DNA of 64,000 nt from a bacterium (GCA_965221205.1 OZ244870.1:1763241-1827240); one strand, 5' to 3'. Positions 22,630-35,523 are shown, counted from the first letter of the stretch. Made by a program: numbers and translations. Notes: generated from the sequence alone by a model not told the origin.

Positions 22630-24170
22630 AATTGACACCGATCCGGAAAATATGCTGAACCATGATGAAACAAGCGCGGCTCGATCACGAAGCAATGAAG
22701 GAAACATTTGATCCGCATGATATGATTGTGCTCGGTATCTATAATGAAGCGGGTATATTCAATGTACAGACTGTTGAGAGAATACTTGCTGTTACCAAAG
22801 AAATAAAAAACATCGAAGGAGTTCTCTACGAGGACATTATGGCGATTGGTGAAGTCGATGATATCGCTTCCGAAGAGAATATAATCCGTGTTTATCCTCT
22901 TGCTGAACTGGTTGAAAATGGGAATGAAGAGGCTGCTCGATGCGAATCCCATTTTCAAGAACAAGCTTGCTTCACTGGGTGGAATGCTGTTCGGGATTTA
23001 CGTGCCAATCGTAGAGAAAAGCATGAGCTACACGATCTCGAAACAGATCGAAGCAATTGCAGATAGTCACCTTGAAAATGAACACTATTATCTTGCTGGA
23101 CTGCCGGTAGCGGAAGATACTTTCGGATTCGAAATGTTTAAGTAGATGGGGATTGCCACACCGCTTTCGGAGCTGGTTATTGTGCTCCTGATGCTGCTTT
23201 TTTTCAAGAGAATTAAACTCATTATTGTGCCAATGATTCTTGCTATGGTTTCAATCATCCGGACGATGGGTCTGTTAATCGGATTGGGATTCACTGTCCA
23301 TAGCGGTTTTGGACAGCATTCACATATCGAGTGATATTTTTGAAAAACATTCTGGTTCGCAATCGATACGCGAGACTATTATTCTTGCAATAAATGATCT
23401 TTTTTCACCCATGCTTTTTACTTCACTGACATCTGGTGCCGGATTTTTTTCGCTGATGTTTACTCCAATTCCGCCTGTTCAGGTATTCGGCTTCTTTGTA
23501 GGATTCGGTATTCTCACTGCCTGGCTGTTATCGATGACTTTGTTACCGGCCTATACCGTACTTCTGCCGAAAAAGACCTTTCATAATTTCGGAACAGCCG
23601 GAAAACACAGAAAAACGGTGATTGACAAGGTATTGAAAAAAATTCAGAATATGTCGCTGAAATATGTCAAGCTTATTATATAGGTATCATAGTGCTGCTT
23701 GTTATATCATTTATTGGGATCAGTAAAATTGTCGTTAATGATAATCTTGTGAATTGGTTTAAGGCGGACCACCCTCTCCGTCAAGCAGATGTTCTGATGA
23801 ACGAACATCTGGTCGGTACTTACATGTCGAATCTGGTCTTCACAAGCGACAATGAGGCATTCAAGAATCCGGGGGTAGTGAATTATATGGCTGATGTCCA
23901 GCAACTCATTGCAAATCAGCCTCAAGTTGGTGCCGTATCATCGATTGTTGATATTCTCAGTAAAATCGCTTTTGAGCTCAAAGGTGACAATTCACTCCCA
24001 CAGACTCCAGATGAGATCGGACAATGCCACTTTCTCTATGAGGTTGCCGGTGGTGACCCGGAAGATCTGTTCAAATTTGTGACCTCTGAGTATGATCATA
24101 CCCATATCTGGATTCAGATGACGCAGGGAGAAAATCTGATCATGCGGAATGTGGTAAATCCGGGTAGAAG
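22630..24170 (+). pseudogene. MMPL/RND family transporter, fragmented
   Basis: AGLPVAE, DSIHI, PMLFTSLTSGAGFFSL motifs spread over several frames; in-frame TAG at 23143-23145. Confidence 0.85.
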
Positions 24171-24657
24171 AGTATATTCCTGCGCTCGATCTGGTAAAAC
24201 GGATTGCTGCAAAAGATAAAAGCTCGAGCTTTGTTGGGTCCGATTTTTCGTACGAAGATGTGTCAGGACGGCACTGGACTGAAGATATACACACACTTCT
24301 GCGCGAAGACATTTTCGATGAAACGGATATCTATATTATCAAAAGTGTTCCGATAGACGAAAAAAGTGCGGATTTCAGCTATAAAGAGTCGTATATCGAT
24401 AAACGGACGTTTCTACCACTCAGAGAAGAGTACTACGATTCAAAGGATGCTATTGTAAAGCGTTGTACTGCGGATGCAATCAGTGAAGTTGATGGGTACC
24501 CTATCGTTTCAAAAAGATTAATGGAGAACCTCAAGAAAAATCACCGGACGATCGTTTCATTTTCCAATATCCTTCTGAATGCCGGTATACCGGTATAGAA
24601 GAAGAAGTGTTTACCGAGCGGTACTTGAGGAGACCTCCTTCAAAGTATATTAAATAG
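24171..24657 (+). pseudogene. Outer-membrane lipoprotein-sorting (LolA-like) protein, C-terminal remnant
   Basis: YIPALDLVKRIAAKDKSSSFVGSDFSYEDVSGR...; the N-terminus is missing and the remnant is joined to the MMPL fragment. Confidence 0.8.
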
Positions 24658-24736
24658 CATGGTAAGGGTTGTAAGAGCTTTAGATTAAAACGGACAATTG
24701 ATAACTATAATACCAAATATTACAGCAGAGTTGAAG

Positions 24737-25994
24737 ATGAAAAGATTGACACTATTGATACTTGTTTATGGAGGGCTGCTGGTGTCGAGCAATGTTTTTG
24801 CCCAGGGTCTGACGGTCAATGGATTTGCAGAAGGAGCTTTTGGGAACAGGATATCCGACAATACGCTTTTTCCTGACAAGGATTATACACTGAATGAAAC
24901 ACGTCTCCAGTTGCAGCTAAAGCACACATCCGATAATGGCAGCTTTTTTGGTGCAGTCGATTTCCTAGCTGATAATGCGTCAGGTGATGAAACTCAGACA
25001 ACAATCCGCGAAGCTTATACGCAGTTTTCGCTTGGCAGTACTATTGATGCGAAAGTCGGGCGGCAGGTACTGACATGGGGAACAGAGGATCTTCTTTTTA
25101 TGAATGACGTATTTCCAGAGGATTTTATATTCTTCTTTGTTGGCAGGGAAGATCAATATCTCAAACATCTCCGAGTGGTGCAATCAAGTTAGGATTGTAC
25201 TTACCTGGTGTGAATGTCGATTCCATAGCGTCTTCAGCGTTTCAGTCCGATCTGCTACCGAGCGGAGAACGGTTAAGCTCGTTTAATCCTCTGTTCTGGT
25301 CAATAACAGGTTCTGGATCACAAACTTCTGTCCGTAATCCCGGAAAACAGTTCCATAACACGGAAATTGCCATTAGATTGTATAAGTATATGGGCAGTTT
25401 TCAGGTCGCTGGATATACGTACAGAGGATTTTACAGTGCGCCAATGGGAATAGATTTGGCACAGAATTCGCTCTACAATCCCGATCTTTCGATATATGGT
25501 GCAAGTATTCGGGGACCGCGCTACTCTCGGGTGTTGTTTCTGCTGAATACTGATTCTACGATTCACGGGATGGCCGTAAAGGTACCGACCCATTTATTCC
25601 GAATAGCCAGCATAAATTTCTGCTCGGACTTGAACGGCAGCTCTGGACTGACTTTACAACAAGTTTACAGTATTATAATGAAACATACACTGATTATAGC
25701 GCTTAGACAAGCACACTTCCTTTAGGTTCTCCGATGCTGGATGAAATGCGGTATCTTGTGACGACACGATTGACGCAGCTGGTCTATTATGAAAATGTGA
25801 CCTTGTCACTCTTTATCTTTTACAGTCCGTCTGATGAAGATTGGCACGTTAGGCCAACCGTCTCATTTAAATACTCGGACACAATCAGTTTTGCGACCGG
25901 TGCAAATTTATTCAGCGGCACAAAAAATTACACACTCTTCGGTCAATTTGAAGATAATAACAATGCATATGCACGAGTCAGATATTACTTCTAA
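24737..25994 (+). pseudogene. Outer-membrane beta-barrel partner of the MMPL locus, fragmented
   Basis: Signal peptide, IREAY...KVGRQVLTWG, C-terminal YARVRYYF; three frames. Confidence 0.75.
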
Positions 25995-26211
25995 AAAAAG
26001 CCATTATATTAGAGATTTTCTGAGTGTTTAATATCAATACAGTAAAAATATCTTATGATGATAATATATAATGTGATCATAATCGCTTACTTTTCAAGAA
26101 CAATTTGTTAATTCCTTTTTACAACACATCCATATAATTTTTTTTGTCTCATAGTCTGGTTGCTTTATTTCTTAATAATCTTACTATAATAACATACAAT
26201 TCGAGGTTCCT

Positions 26212-28290
26212 ATGTTTAAGCGAGCGATTTTGTTATCATTTGCATTAAAAGCAATCATAGATATTCTCTATCTCAATGTCTCTTCGGCGCAAGGAACTCC
26301 CTTTATACCAGAAACATTATCGATTGATCTCAATAATGAGCTGTCAGGAGAAAGAAGTATTGAACATATCAGGTGGATGTCTCATTATCACCGGCCAAGC
26401 GGTTCGAGCGGATTGTGGACTGTTGCACAAATGGTGCATGACTGGGCTCGGGAATACGGTCTTGAGAATGTACAAATAATTAAACAGAAATTTGATGGTA
26501 CTAATTGGGATGCTCATTCAGGTGAACTCTTGGTCATTGAGCCGAAAGAGATAAAACTTGGCAGTGTTATGCCGAAATTGCAGTTTCAGTCCCGAATAAC
26601 ACGCATTCTGCTCACGAAACAGTAGAACTCGTGGATATCGGTCAGGGTACATCGGATGAAGATTTTGAAGGAATTGACGTAACTGGAAAAGCTGTGCTCA
26701 CTTCTTCTGCTCCTTCTGCCATTATGCAGGCCGCTGTATGGCAGAGAGGTGCTTCAGGCATCGTATCCTACTCAAACAGCGGCCGAACGCAATGCATGAT
26801 TTCCCCGATCAAGTGGCTTACAGCAGAGTGCCTGTCGAAAATTCAGCAGGAGAACCATCCGGATAGGCATTTATGATCTTGCCTCGTACCGGTACTATAC
26901 TCAAGAATCTCATTAAACAATCGGGAAATGAAAATGAGTCGGTCATGCTTAAGGTAGATATTGAAACAGAATTTAAAGAAAATCCGGAACAAGGATATGT
27001 GTGGGGTGAAATCAAAGGAACCGAGATTCATAATCAGGATATCGTACTGACGTCTCATCTGCAGGAAGAAAGGCCATCCGCAAATGACAATTCCATTGGA
27101 AGTGCAAATATGGTTGAGATTGGCAGAACAATGAATCGGCTCATCAAAGAGGGCAGAATACCACGTCCGAAAAGGGATATTACGTTTTACTGGGCAAATG
27201 AAATAAGCCCGGAAGAAAAAAATTCTATGCTTATCAATATCAATCAGGATATCGTTGGAGCAAAACAGAGTATGGGTTCTCGCGTTCAGCATATTATCCG
27301 GACGCCACATTCAATTCCGAGTTATTTAAGCGATGTCATTGAAAGTATTACAGAATATGTAATAATGACCAACAGCGCTTTTCTTGCGGCAGGTGATGCC
27401 GGAACCCCACAGCCTTTTTCAAAACCAATTTATTCACATCTCGGTACACGAGAACGATATAATGCGATGATCGTACCTTATTTTGACAGTTTCGACCATT
27501 TGGTGTTTATCGAGGCTGTAGTCGGAGTACCGGGAGTTGGATTAATTAACTGGCCAGATACTTACATACATTCAACTGCTGATAATCTAGATAATATAGA
27601 CCAGACTCAGCTCAAAAGAAATGCCTTTATTGTTGCTGCAAATCACTATATATAGCAAATTCGGGAAATGAGGATGTGCCTGCAATTACATCAGAAGTAT
27701 ATTCACGAGCATTAATAAGAATTGCAAAAGATCTGAATACAGCATTAAACCACATACAAAAATCTTCTAAAGATAATCTAATACAAAACTATGGAGAAGC
27801 GAAAAATTTAATTGCTCAGGCTATTATAAGAGAAACAAAAGCGGTAGAATCTGTTTTGGTGTTCGCCAATTCTCCAGGCAGTATTTTGTATATACAAAAA
27901 CGAATCAGTGATTTAGAAAATCGGGAAGATGATCTGATTGCATCATTGGATGATATTGTATGTTCTTGTTTCAGATGACAAAAGGGTCCCTGCAATAAAA
28001 CTATCCACCTTTGACAAAAAGATGAGTTCAAAAATCCCTGCTATCAACGGGACTATTGAAGAATACTTTCAAAGACGGGGAAGAGTGCGAGGTGGAGGCA
28101 AATTACATGGTCTGATGATTTGGAAGTGTTATAATTTGCCAATGGCATAAATTCATATCTTGATATTTATAATGCTGTTCATGCCGAAGTGCTTTCCGCG
28201 GGTGAATTCTATTACGGTACGGTTACGAAACAGGCCGTTGCTGACCTTCTCGATGCAGCCGTGGAAGGAGAAGTGTTACGACTGAAATAA
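26212..28290 (+). pseudogene. M28 peptidase with PA domain, fragmented
   Basis: DIGQGTSDEDFEGIDVTGK (PA), TSHLQE, ANDNSIGSA, ININQD, DH, YIHSTADN; multiple frameshifts. Confidence 0.82.
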
Positions 28291-28435
28291 AGCGGCAGAA
28301 AAATTAATGAGGAACTACGCATAACTCGAAATCGTATATAGTGGAGGCGCATTTTAAGAAAATGTAACAATTTAGTTGTGTTATATGCTGTTTGTTTTCT
28401 CGATTGTATAGCGTATACATACGTTTTTTAGAGGA

Positions 28436-29077
28436 ATGAAAAACATGATACAAATCATATATAATAATATTGGATTTTTTCTCTTGTGCACCGTAATTCT
28501 ACTCGTTATTACGAGCAACGCTCATGGGATAACAGATAAAACGAATCCAATTGCGACTGAAAAAGCAATTTTCGCAGGTGGATGTTTCTGGTGCATGGAA
28601 CCTCCGTATGACAAATTGGACGGAGTTCTATCGACAACATCCGGTTATACTGGCGGCCACAAGGAAAATCCCACCTATGAAGGAGTTTCTGCAGGTATTA
28701 CCGGCCATACGGAGGCAGTTGAGATAGAATACGATCCCGAAAAAATCGGGTATGCCGAACTGCTCGAAATTTTCTGGCGCAATATCGATCCGACCGTGAA
28801 AGATAGGCAGTTTTGTGATAAGGGGACACAGTACCGTTCGGGGATATATTATCTCAATGAAGAGCAGAAAAGTCTCGCTGAGCAATCTAAAAATGTTCTT
28901 GAGAACTCCAGACGATTCAAAACAATTCATACCGAAATCGCACAAGCCACTACGTTTTATCCTGCCGAAGAATACCATCAGGATTATTATAAGAAAAATC
29001 CGATACGGTATAAACTATATCGGTACGGATGCGGGCGTGACAACCGCCTTGAAGAACTCTGGGGTGATGAAAAATAG
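28436..29077 (+). CDS. msrA: Peptide-methionine (S)-S-oxide reductase, exported
   Basis: FAGGCFWCME, GYTGG, QYRSGIY, FYPAEEYHQDYY; signal peptide. Confidence 0.96.
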   Translation: MKNMIQIIYNNIGFFLLCTVILLVITSNAHGITDKTNPIATEKAIFAGGCFWCMEPPYDKLDGVLSTTSGYTGGHKENPTYEGVSAGITGHTEAVEIEYDPEKIGYAELLEIFWRNIDPTVKDRQFCDKGTQYRSGIYYLNEEQKSLAEQSKNVLENSRRFKTIHTEIAQATTFYPAEEYHQDYYKKNPIRYKLYRYGCGRDNRLEELWGDEK

Positions 29078-29548
29078 TCCATGCAATTTATTATCCTTAA
29101 ATAACAATGAAATAAACAAAATTCATTTGCTATTATGTCCTCGTATTTCCATATTTGTAGCTAGAAAATGGAAAGATATCCTTCCGAATATGCGGGAATG
29201 ACATTACATTCAGTAACATTATTGTCATTGCGGGGAGTAGAATAGCGTTGTAAGCTCTAAGTTGTAACATCAAAAATGATAAGCAGCATGAATAAATTTC
29301 AGGTTGTGATCCGAAAAAAGTTTAGAATGGCAAATTCGATCAATTAAATTAAGCGTCGATTTAGTAAAATTTATTGATCCAACTAATACTTATCCTACCT
29401 TACATATGGAAATTGTATGAAAAAGATCATACAATTGAGCTATTATGCAATAGCAATAGACAGAAAGATTTTACAAAAATAATGTGCGCCCCAATGACGC
29501 GCATTCAATTATTAACAATATTTATAAATTAGATTATAATGCTACCTA

Positions 29549-32053
29549 TTACACCTGCGCTAGTGCTTCCTTCACCCGCTCCGGTGTAAAGGGGTGCTGG
29601 TAGAGCCGTGCTCCGGTTGCGTCGAAGAGTGCATTGCCGATTATAGCGCTCATGGTTACAATTGCCGGTTCACCGCCGCCGTGAGGCACCTTTTCATTGG
29701 AATCGACAAGAACCGTCTCTATTTTCGGAACCCACGAATAGCGGGGAATGTCGTAAGAATCAAAATTGGTATTTGTCAATTCACCGCCGTTGAAAAACAT
29801 CTCCTCTGTCAGGGAATAACCAAGTCCCATCGCTATGCAGCCTTCCATCTGGAGAATCGCGCCTTCGGGATTGATGACAAGCCCCATATCCTGCGCACAC
29901 ACAACCCGTTCAACTTTAGTTGTTCCGTTCAATTCATCGACGCTGATTTCAGCTATCGATGCAACATAGGTTCCAGCATCGATTCCGCAGGCGATGCCGT
30001 AACCGCGCCCACTCGGTGTTTTTGCCGGTGTCCAGCCAAATTTATCCGCCGCGGCTTTCAGGACACCGATAGCCCGTTTATCCGATGTGTTTTTCAGGCG
30101 AAACTCAAGGGGATCGATATCCGCTTTTGCTGCCATAATATCGATTTGCGCTTCTCGTGCAAAGGTATTCGTATTTCCACCAGGAGCTCTCCACGGTCCG
30201 GTGTTGTACAGATGAGAACCATCCGGCGAGTCCATCCATCCGGCATAAACCGTTTGGCGATTATTCGGAACATCGTAGAATTGATCCGAACCCCGCGGCC
30301 CGGCATAGTAAACATGGTAATCCCATAGACTCATGGTTCCATTCTTATCGATGCCAGATTTAATTTTCACGATGCTGGCAGGCCGGAAATTGTCATAAAA
30401 GAATTCTTCTTCCCGTGTCCAGAAAACCTGTACCGGTTTCCCGGTTATTCGTGCAAGTTTTGCCGCTTCTACCGATTGTCTGCCGCCGGATTTGCCGCCG
30501 AATCCTCCGCCAACATACGGTGTCCTGACACGGACATTTTCCGGCTTTATATTGAGTTCGCGTGCTATCCGTTCTTTATCACCAAACGGAGTCTGTGACG
30601 ATATCCAGATCTCAAGCTTGCCGCTTTCAAAATGTGCAACTGCAGTGTGTGTCTCCATAGGAGCATGAGCTACATAACCTCCTGTAAAAGTGCTCTCGAA
30701 CAGTTCATCAGACTCTTTTTTACCTGACTCAACCGATCCTTGATTATCGATTTCTTCTCCGCGCGGGGATTTACTAAGGAGGTGGTCGAAAATCGATATG
30801 TCATCGACCAGTTCATCGGGAATGTTAAATTCGGATTTGATTGCATAGAGTGCATTTTCGGCTATTTCGGGGTCGGTGTGCAATACTGCTACGATATCAT
30901 CCTCATTGACGACAATGACACCGTCCATCTTCTCGGCGGCAGATGTGTCCACATGTTCGAGAGTTGCACGTTGTGCCGGCGGACGGAGGAGTCGGGCATA
31001 CAGCATGCCGGGATACCGGATATCTCCAGCATATTTCGCTTCACCGGTCACTTTTTCATACGCATCGATCCGAGATGTGTGCTGGCCGATTATTCTGAAT
31101 TCATGTATCGCTTTTTCGACTGCTTTTTCATCGAGTTTTTTTGCAATTTTCTTGCCCTGAGCAAGTTCCGCATATGAAACACGGTTGTTTTTATTTCCCT
31201 TTTCATACACCACGCCATTTTCAATGTCGAGTTTGTCGGCTGGAACACTGAGGTGTTCGGATGCCAGATATGTCAGTACAGTTCGAGCTTCGGCAGCTAT
31301 CGCTTTGAAAACAGGACCGAAAAACCGTGTAGTCAGAGACCCGAATGTCCCCATGTCCCACGGACAGAGGTCGGTGTCTCCCATCACCATTTTTATAGAA
31401 TCGAGTAAAACATCCAGTTCTTCAGCTGCAGTCTGGGCAAGCGATGTCATTGCACCCTGTCCCATCTCAATCTTCCCTGTGAAACAGGTTATTAAGCCGT
31501 CCTCTCCAATTCGGAGGTAGGCGTTGAAATCGGTCGGATAACTTCTCTGCTGCCGCTGGCTCAGTAATATGGAAGAGTCGCCGAGAACGCAGAAAATCAC
31601 GATTCCGCCACCGATTGCTTTAATCATGCGGACATGTGCCCCGCACCGACACAGGTTATTTTCCATAGCATCGATAATCTCTTCCCGAGTCGGGCTGGCA
31701 TTGACCTGCAGAAGACTGTATGCCTGCATGATCTGGCCAGAGGTACAGAACCCGCACTGCATAGCGTTATGCTCAATGAACGCTTCCTGAATTGGATGCA
31801 GTTTCCCATTCTTTGCCAGTCCCTCGATTGTGAGAACATTTTTGTCCTTCACATATTGTAAAGGATACTGACACGACCGAACAGGTTCGTTATCAACAAG
31901 TACGGTACATGCGCCACAGTAATTGATGCCGCAGCCGAATTTGGTACCAGTCAGTTCCAAATCAGTACGGAGTACCCACAAAAGACGCCTGCTCGTATCG
32001 GTTGTCATGCTGACAGGTTTCCTATTGAGATTAAATTGGATTGTCTCTACCAT
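29549..32053 (-). CDS. Fused 2Fe-2S subunit + molybdopterin subunit (isoquinoline/aldehyde oxidoreductase family)
   Basis: GTKFGCGINYCGAC, QCGFCTSG, NLCRCG, then GKIEMGQG, HAPME, GGGFGGK, WRAPG, GGGEP in a single ORF. Confidence 0.9.
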   Translation of the reverse strand: MVETIQFNLNRKPVSMTTDTSRRLLWVLRTDLELTGTKFGCGINYCGACTVLVDNEPVRSCQYPLQYVKDKNVLTIEGLAKNGKLHPIQEAFIEHNAMQCGFCTSGQIMQAYSLLQVNASPTREEIIDAMENNLCRCGAHVRMIKAIGGGIVIFCVLGDSSILLSQRQQRSYPTDFNAYLRIGEDGLITCFTGKIEMGQGAMTSLAQTAAEELDVLLDSIKMVMGDTDLCPWDMGTFGSLTTRFFGPVFKAIAAEARTVLTYLASEHLSVPADKLDIENGVVYEKGNKNNRVSYAELAQGKKIAKKLDEKAVEKAIHEFRIIGQHTSRIDAYEKVTGEAKYAGDIRYPGMLYARLLRPPAQRATLEHVDTSAAEKMDGVIVVNEDDIVAVLHTDPEIAENALYAIKSEFNIPDELVDDISIFDHLLSKSPRGEEIDNQGSVESGKKESDELFESTFTGGYVAHAPMETHTAVAHFESGKLEIWISSQTPFGDKERIARELNIKPENVRVRTPYVGGGFGGKSGGRQSVEAAKLARITGKPVQVFWTREEEFFYDNFRPASIVKIKSGIDKNGTMSLWDYHVYYAGPRGSDQFYDVPNNRQTVYAGWMDSPDGSHLYNTGPWRAPGGNTNTFAREAQIDIMAAKADIDPLEFRLKNTSDKRAIGVLKAAADKFGWTPAKTPSGRGYGIACGIDAGTYVASIAEISVDELNGTTKVERVVCAQDMGLVINPEGAILQMEGCIAMGLGYSLTEEMFFNGGELTNTNFDSYDIPRYSWVPKIETVLVDSNEKVPHGGGEPAIVTMSAIIGNALFDATGARLYQHPFTPERVKEALAQV

Positions 32054-32229
32054 ATTTATTCACTCTTTATGATTGGATTAGTGGTGGGTGGTTGCATTTC
32101 TATTTACAGGTATATACAATCGAAGATAAATATCCTTCAAAGAAATGCAACAAATTTTTTGGCTGTCCTCATTGAATTTAGATGCAGTGTCAATGTTTTA
32201 TACACTTAAAAGCTCCACTTGATTTTTAG

Positions 32230-33090
32230 AACTCAACAATTTACAAAGCATTACACATAAAGCAGAGATGCTTCTCGATTTATTTAGAAAAGGCACAATA
32301 AAACCTAGAAGAGACAATATTGACCTGCTGATTGGAGCGTGCGATTTTATATGTACTGTAATGGTCTATATTAATGAAAACCGATGGTTATTAAGATGCT
32401 GCAGCAGAGCTTGGCAAGAAACTCTCAGACATGTGTCCAGCTCACGGGAGGAAAAAGCTTGAATCCGCTCCAGCTCTTCAACCGGAACCTGTCCGGAGTG
32501 AAAATCCTAGGCAGGAATCCTCCTCAGCAAAAAATGCCAAAGAACAATCTTTTGTGACTGATAAAATGGCCAACCAGTTTTTAAAGAGTTGCAGGACTTG
32601 ATTGACACACTTGAGCAGGATCTTATACGGCTTGAAAGCGAACCAGAAAATAAAGAATTGTTCGATCTCGATACTTCATAAGGAAATTGAGGTATTCTCG
32701 GCTATTCCGATTTGGAAAAATTAAGCCAAAAGTCGGGGACAATTTTCGATTACTTAAGAAATTATGAAGAAAACAAAATTCATGCTGGAATCCTCGGATA
32801 TTCAGTTATCTTTTGCTGAAAATGGTTCTCAAGGTGTTGAATTATATAAAAGAGATTCAAATAAAATCTATCATGTCCTTCTCGATATAATAATGACCGA
32901 AATGGTAGATCGTGAAAAATTTGTTCATATGAAAAAATTTAATCATGAAATTAAAACGATTCTTATGAGCGGTTTCAACCAGAATATAAAATCGGATAAC
33001 ATTTTGAGTGATGGGCTCAGTGAATATGTGCAGAAACCGTTCAAATTAAATGAACTGTTAAAAGCAGTCGTAACAGCAACTAATAATTGA
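32230..33090 (+). pseudogene. CheA-like Hpt fragments and a receiver-domain fragment
   Basis: AEMLLDLFRKG...IDLL and LIDTLEQDLIRLESEPENKEL Hpt-like helices; VLLDIIM...ILMSG...VQKPF receiver. Confidence 0.65.
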
Positions 33091-33150
33091 TTTGAATGAA
33101 AAGATTTACATATGAAGTTGAATAATCACTACAATTAAGGAGATAGTATT

Positions 33151-33511
33151 ATGAAAGTTCTTATCGTTGATGATTCTGTTACTATGAGAAGAATTATTAT
33201 CAACAGCTTGAAAGATTCCAGTTTTGACGATATTGTTGAAGCTTGAAATGGTCTTGAAGGTATGAGTAACATGGAGGGAATAGAGTTGGTATTGACTGAC
33301 TGGAATATGTCGGAAATGGATGGCCTCACCTTTGTGAAAGAGATCAAGAAAAGCCTGTTGTATTCTTACCATGCTAATCATTATAATAACAACAGAAGGA
33401 GCAAAAAGCGACGTCGTCGAGGCTTTGAAAAATGGCGTAAATAACTATGTAGTGAAACCTTTTGATAAAGATACTTTTTTGAAAAAGGTTAAAGCAACAT
33501 TAGAAGGTTAA
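33151..33511 (+). pseudogene. cheY: CheY-like response regulator, broken
   Basis: MKVLIVDDSVTMRRII...EA*NG (TGA 33244-33246), LTDWNM, frameshift, YVVKPF. Confidence 0.85.
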
Positions 33512-33539
33512 CCTTTGAATTTCTAATTGAGAGGATTGT

Positions 33540-34021
33540 ATGAAGATAGATTTTATTAATCCATTTGTAAAATCTGTTAATGCAACAATGACAACTATGG
33601 CAGGTGTTTCGGTAGAAAGGGAAAAACCATTTGTCAAAGAGGGTCGTGATACAAGCGGTGATATAACAGGATTAATCGGTTTTGCTGAAAATAATATTGC
33701 TGGTTCAGTTGCACTGAGTTTTCCCAAGAGTACGATATTTGAAAATATTCAAATCTATGACTGGTGCAGATCAATGTGAAGAGGATAATGAACTGAACGA
33801 TATTGTCGATGAATTTACCAATATTGTTGTTGGTGGTGCAAAAAAGGGGTTTGCCGAATTTTTTTTCATACAATATCAGTATCAGTCTGCCTATGGTGGT
33901 ATCAGGGAAAGGCAACAGAATCAAACATAAATACAATTATCCCATCATAGTCGTTCCATTTTAATTTGGTGAAAACGGATTTTTTATGGAAGTCAGTATG
34001 CACATGATGAATGGGAGATAA
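33540..34021 (+). pseudogene. cheX: CheX phosphatase, frameshifted
   Basis: MKIDFINPFVKS...GDITGLIG...GSVALSF, then EFTNIVVGGAK in another frame. Confidence 0.85.
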
Positions 34022-34032
34022 TAATAATATTA

Positions 34033-34821
34033 GGTACGTAGGTTATTTTCGGGTCACGTGTTACAGTATATTTGGAATGGAAGAGAAAGTCACTATATTT
34101 ATTGTTTGTACATCATGTTTCTTTCGTTCTGGGGATCGTCTGTACCGTTTGCGTGATAATCGTTTTACAGGTACTCGGATGTTCTTGTAAAGAGAGCCCG
34201 AAGCGGTTCAAGGACGATCTTGCTCTACTGCATTATGTTTCTTTGGAGATACCTGCCAATAAAGCTGCCAGGGGTCTTGGTTTTTGCTTCACGACGGTGC
34301 GAGGCACATAGATGCTTTATCGACAGGAGATTTATGATTTCAGGAAGTGAGAAGACTTTCCGGCAAGATAAAATGTTATGCAAGTTGCTTTGGTGGGAAA
34401 CGTACGGGAACCAGCGGTCGCGGGAGTGCCGGTACAATAAAGGTTTTCGGCACTGTGGGACGTCACGGGAGGCTATTTACTACGATGTGACTGCCGCTTG
34501 ATGAACGAGATCAGGGACACCGCTGAGCAAGGGAGCGTCTTCTCCACTGCTCCGTTCCGTTCGTATACATCGCTGAAGTTTTTTGGTAAACAGCGTACGG
34601 TCGATCATAACACATAGTGCATCACGGGACGTCGTCATAGTAATGGCCTTGAGTGGTTCTGGTCATGTGCACAAGAAAGACGCTTACAGTACCATGGTGT
34701 CAGCAAAAATCATTGCCCAGTGTACCGCAAGAAAATGGAATGGAGATACAATTACAGAAACCGAAATCTATACCATTCCTTTAATCAAAATTCACGTTAG
34801 TCCGCTTTTGACCTAATTACC
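34033..34821 (+). mobile_element. IS1595-family element copy 2, inactivated
   Basis: Colinear with copy 1; ends ggtacgtaggtt / gacctaattacc; TSD taatatta (34025-34032) / taatattt (34822-34829). Confidence 0.93.
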
Positions 34822-34859
34822 TAATATTTTGTAATATCCCGAACATTCTGAAACACAAA

Positions 34860-35270
34860 GAATTCTAATAAACGTGCCTGCTGAAACCACTGTTATACAT
34901 CGACTGAAAAAATTGGTTTGCCGTTATAAGTTTCTATTCCTCGCAAGAGGACAGGATGCTGATTCGGCGGGACAGTATCGGGAATCGCTTACATACCCGG
35001 TTTCCTCGGCAAAAATTCTGAATTGCCCGACAGTGACTGGATAATTCCATTCGGTATATAGGCCATTACGATTGAATCGCTTATTTCAGCTTCCCAGTAT
35101 CCTTTTTCATTCATATATACCTGCTTTGCAACTTGCCTGATTTCGGAAACTTTCTGTGGCACGTCCGGGCCTGTGCTGCAAGAAGTCACGAATGCAATTA
35201 TACGGGAAGTAAGTATTATAAATTTTGGTTTTATTTTTGCTCTTGTGCCAATTTATCTTTGATATTTCAT
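34860..35270 (-). pseudogene. Formylglycine-generating-enzyme family fragment
   Basis: IVMAYIPNG followed by PVTVGQFRIFAEETGYVSD in another frame; truncated next to the IS. Confidence 0.6.
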
Positions 35271-35523
35271 GATTACCTGCTTATAGGGTTTCTGAAAATA
35301 TTAGGAATATCGTTACATTTTTGTTTGATGAAGAAGAGTATTTTGATAATTTTAAAATTGCTTACTTTCACTTTAATATGCACATATGTCTCTATTTCAC
35401 TCAATCGCAAGAATCGCTATCAAGTACATAAAAATAGTAAACACTATTGAAAAAAAAGAATATTATGTACACTAATGCCGAAAATACTTTCTGTTATGAC
35501 GAATCAAATGAAGGGTTCAGAAT

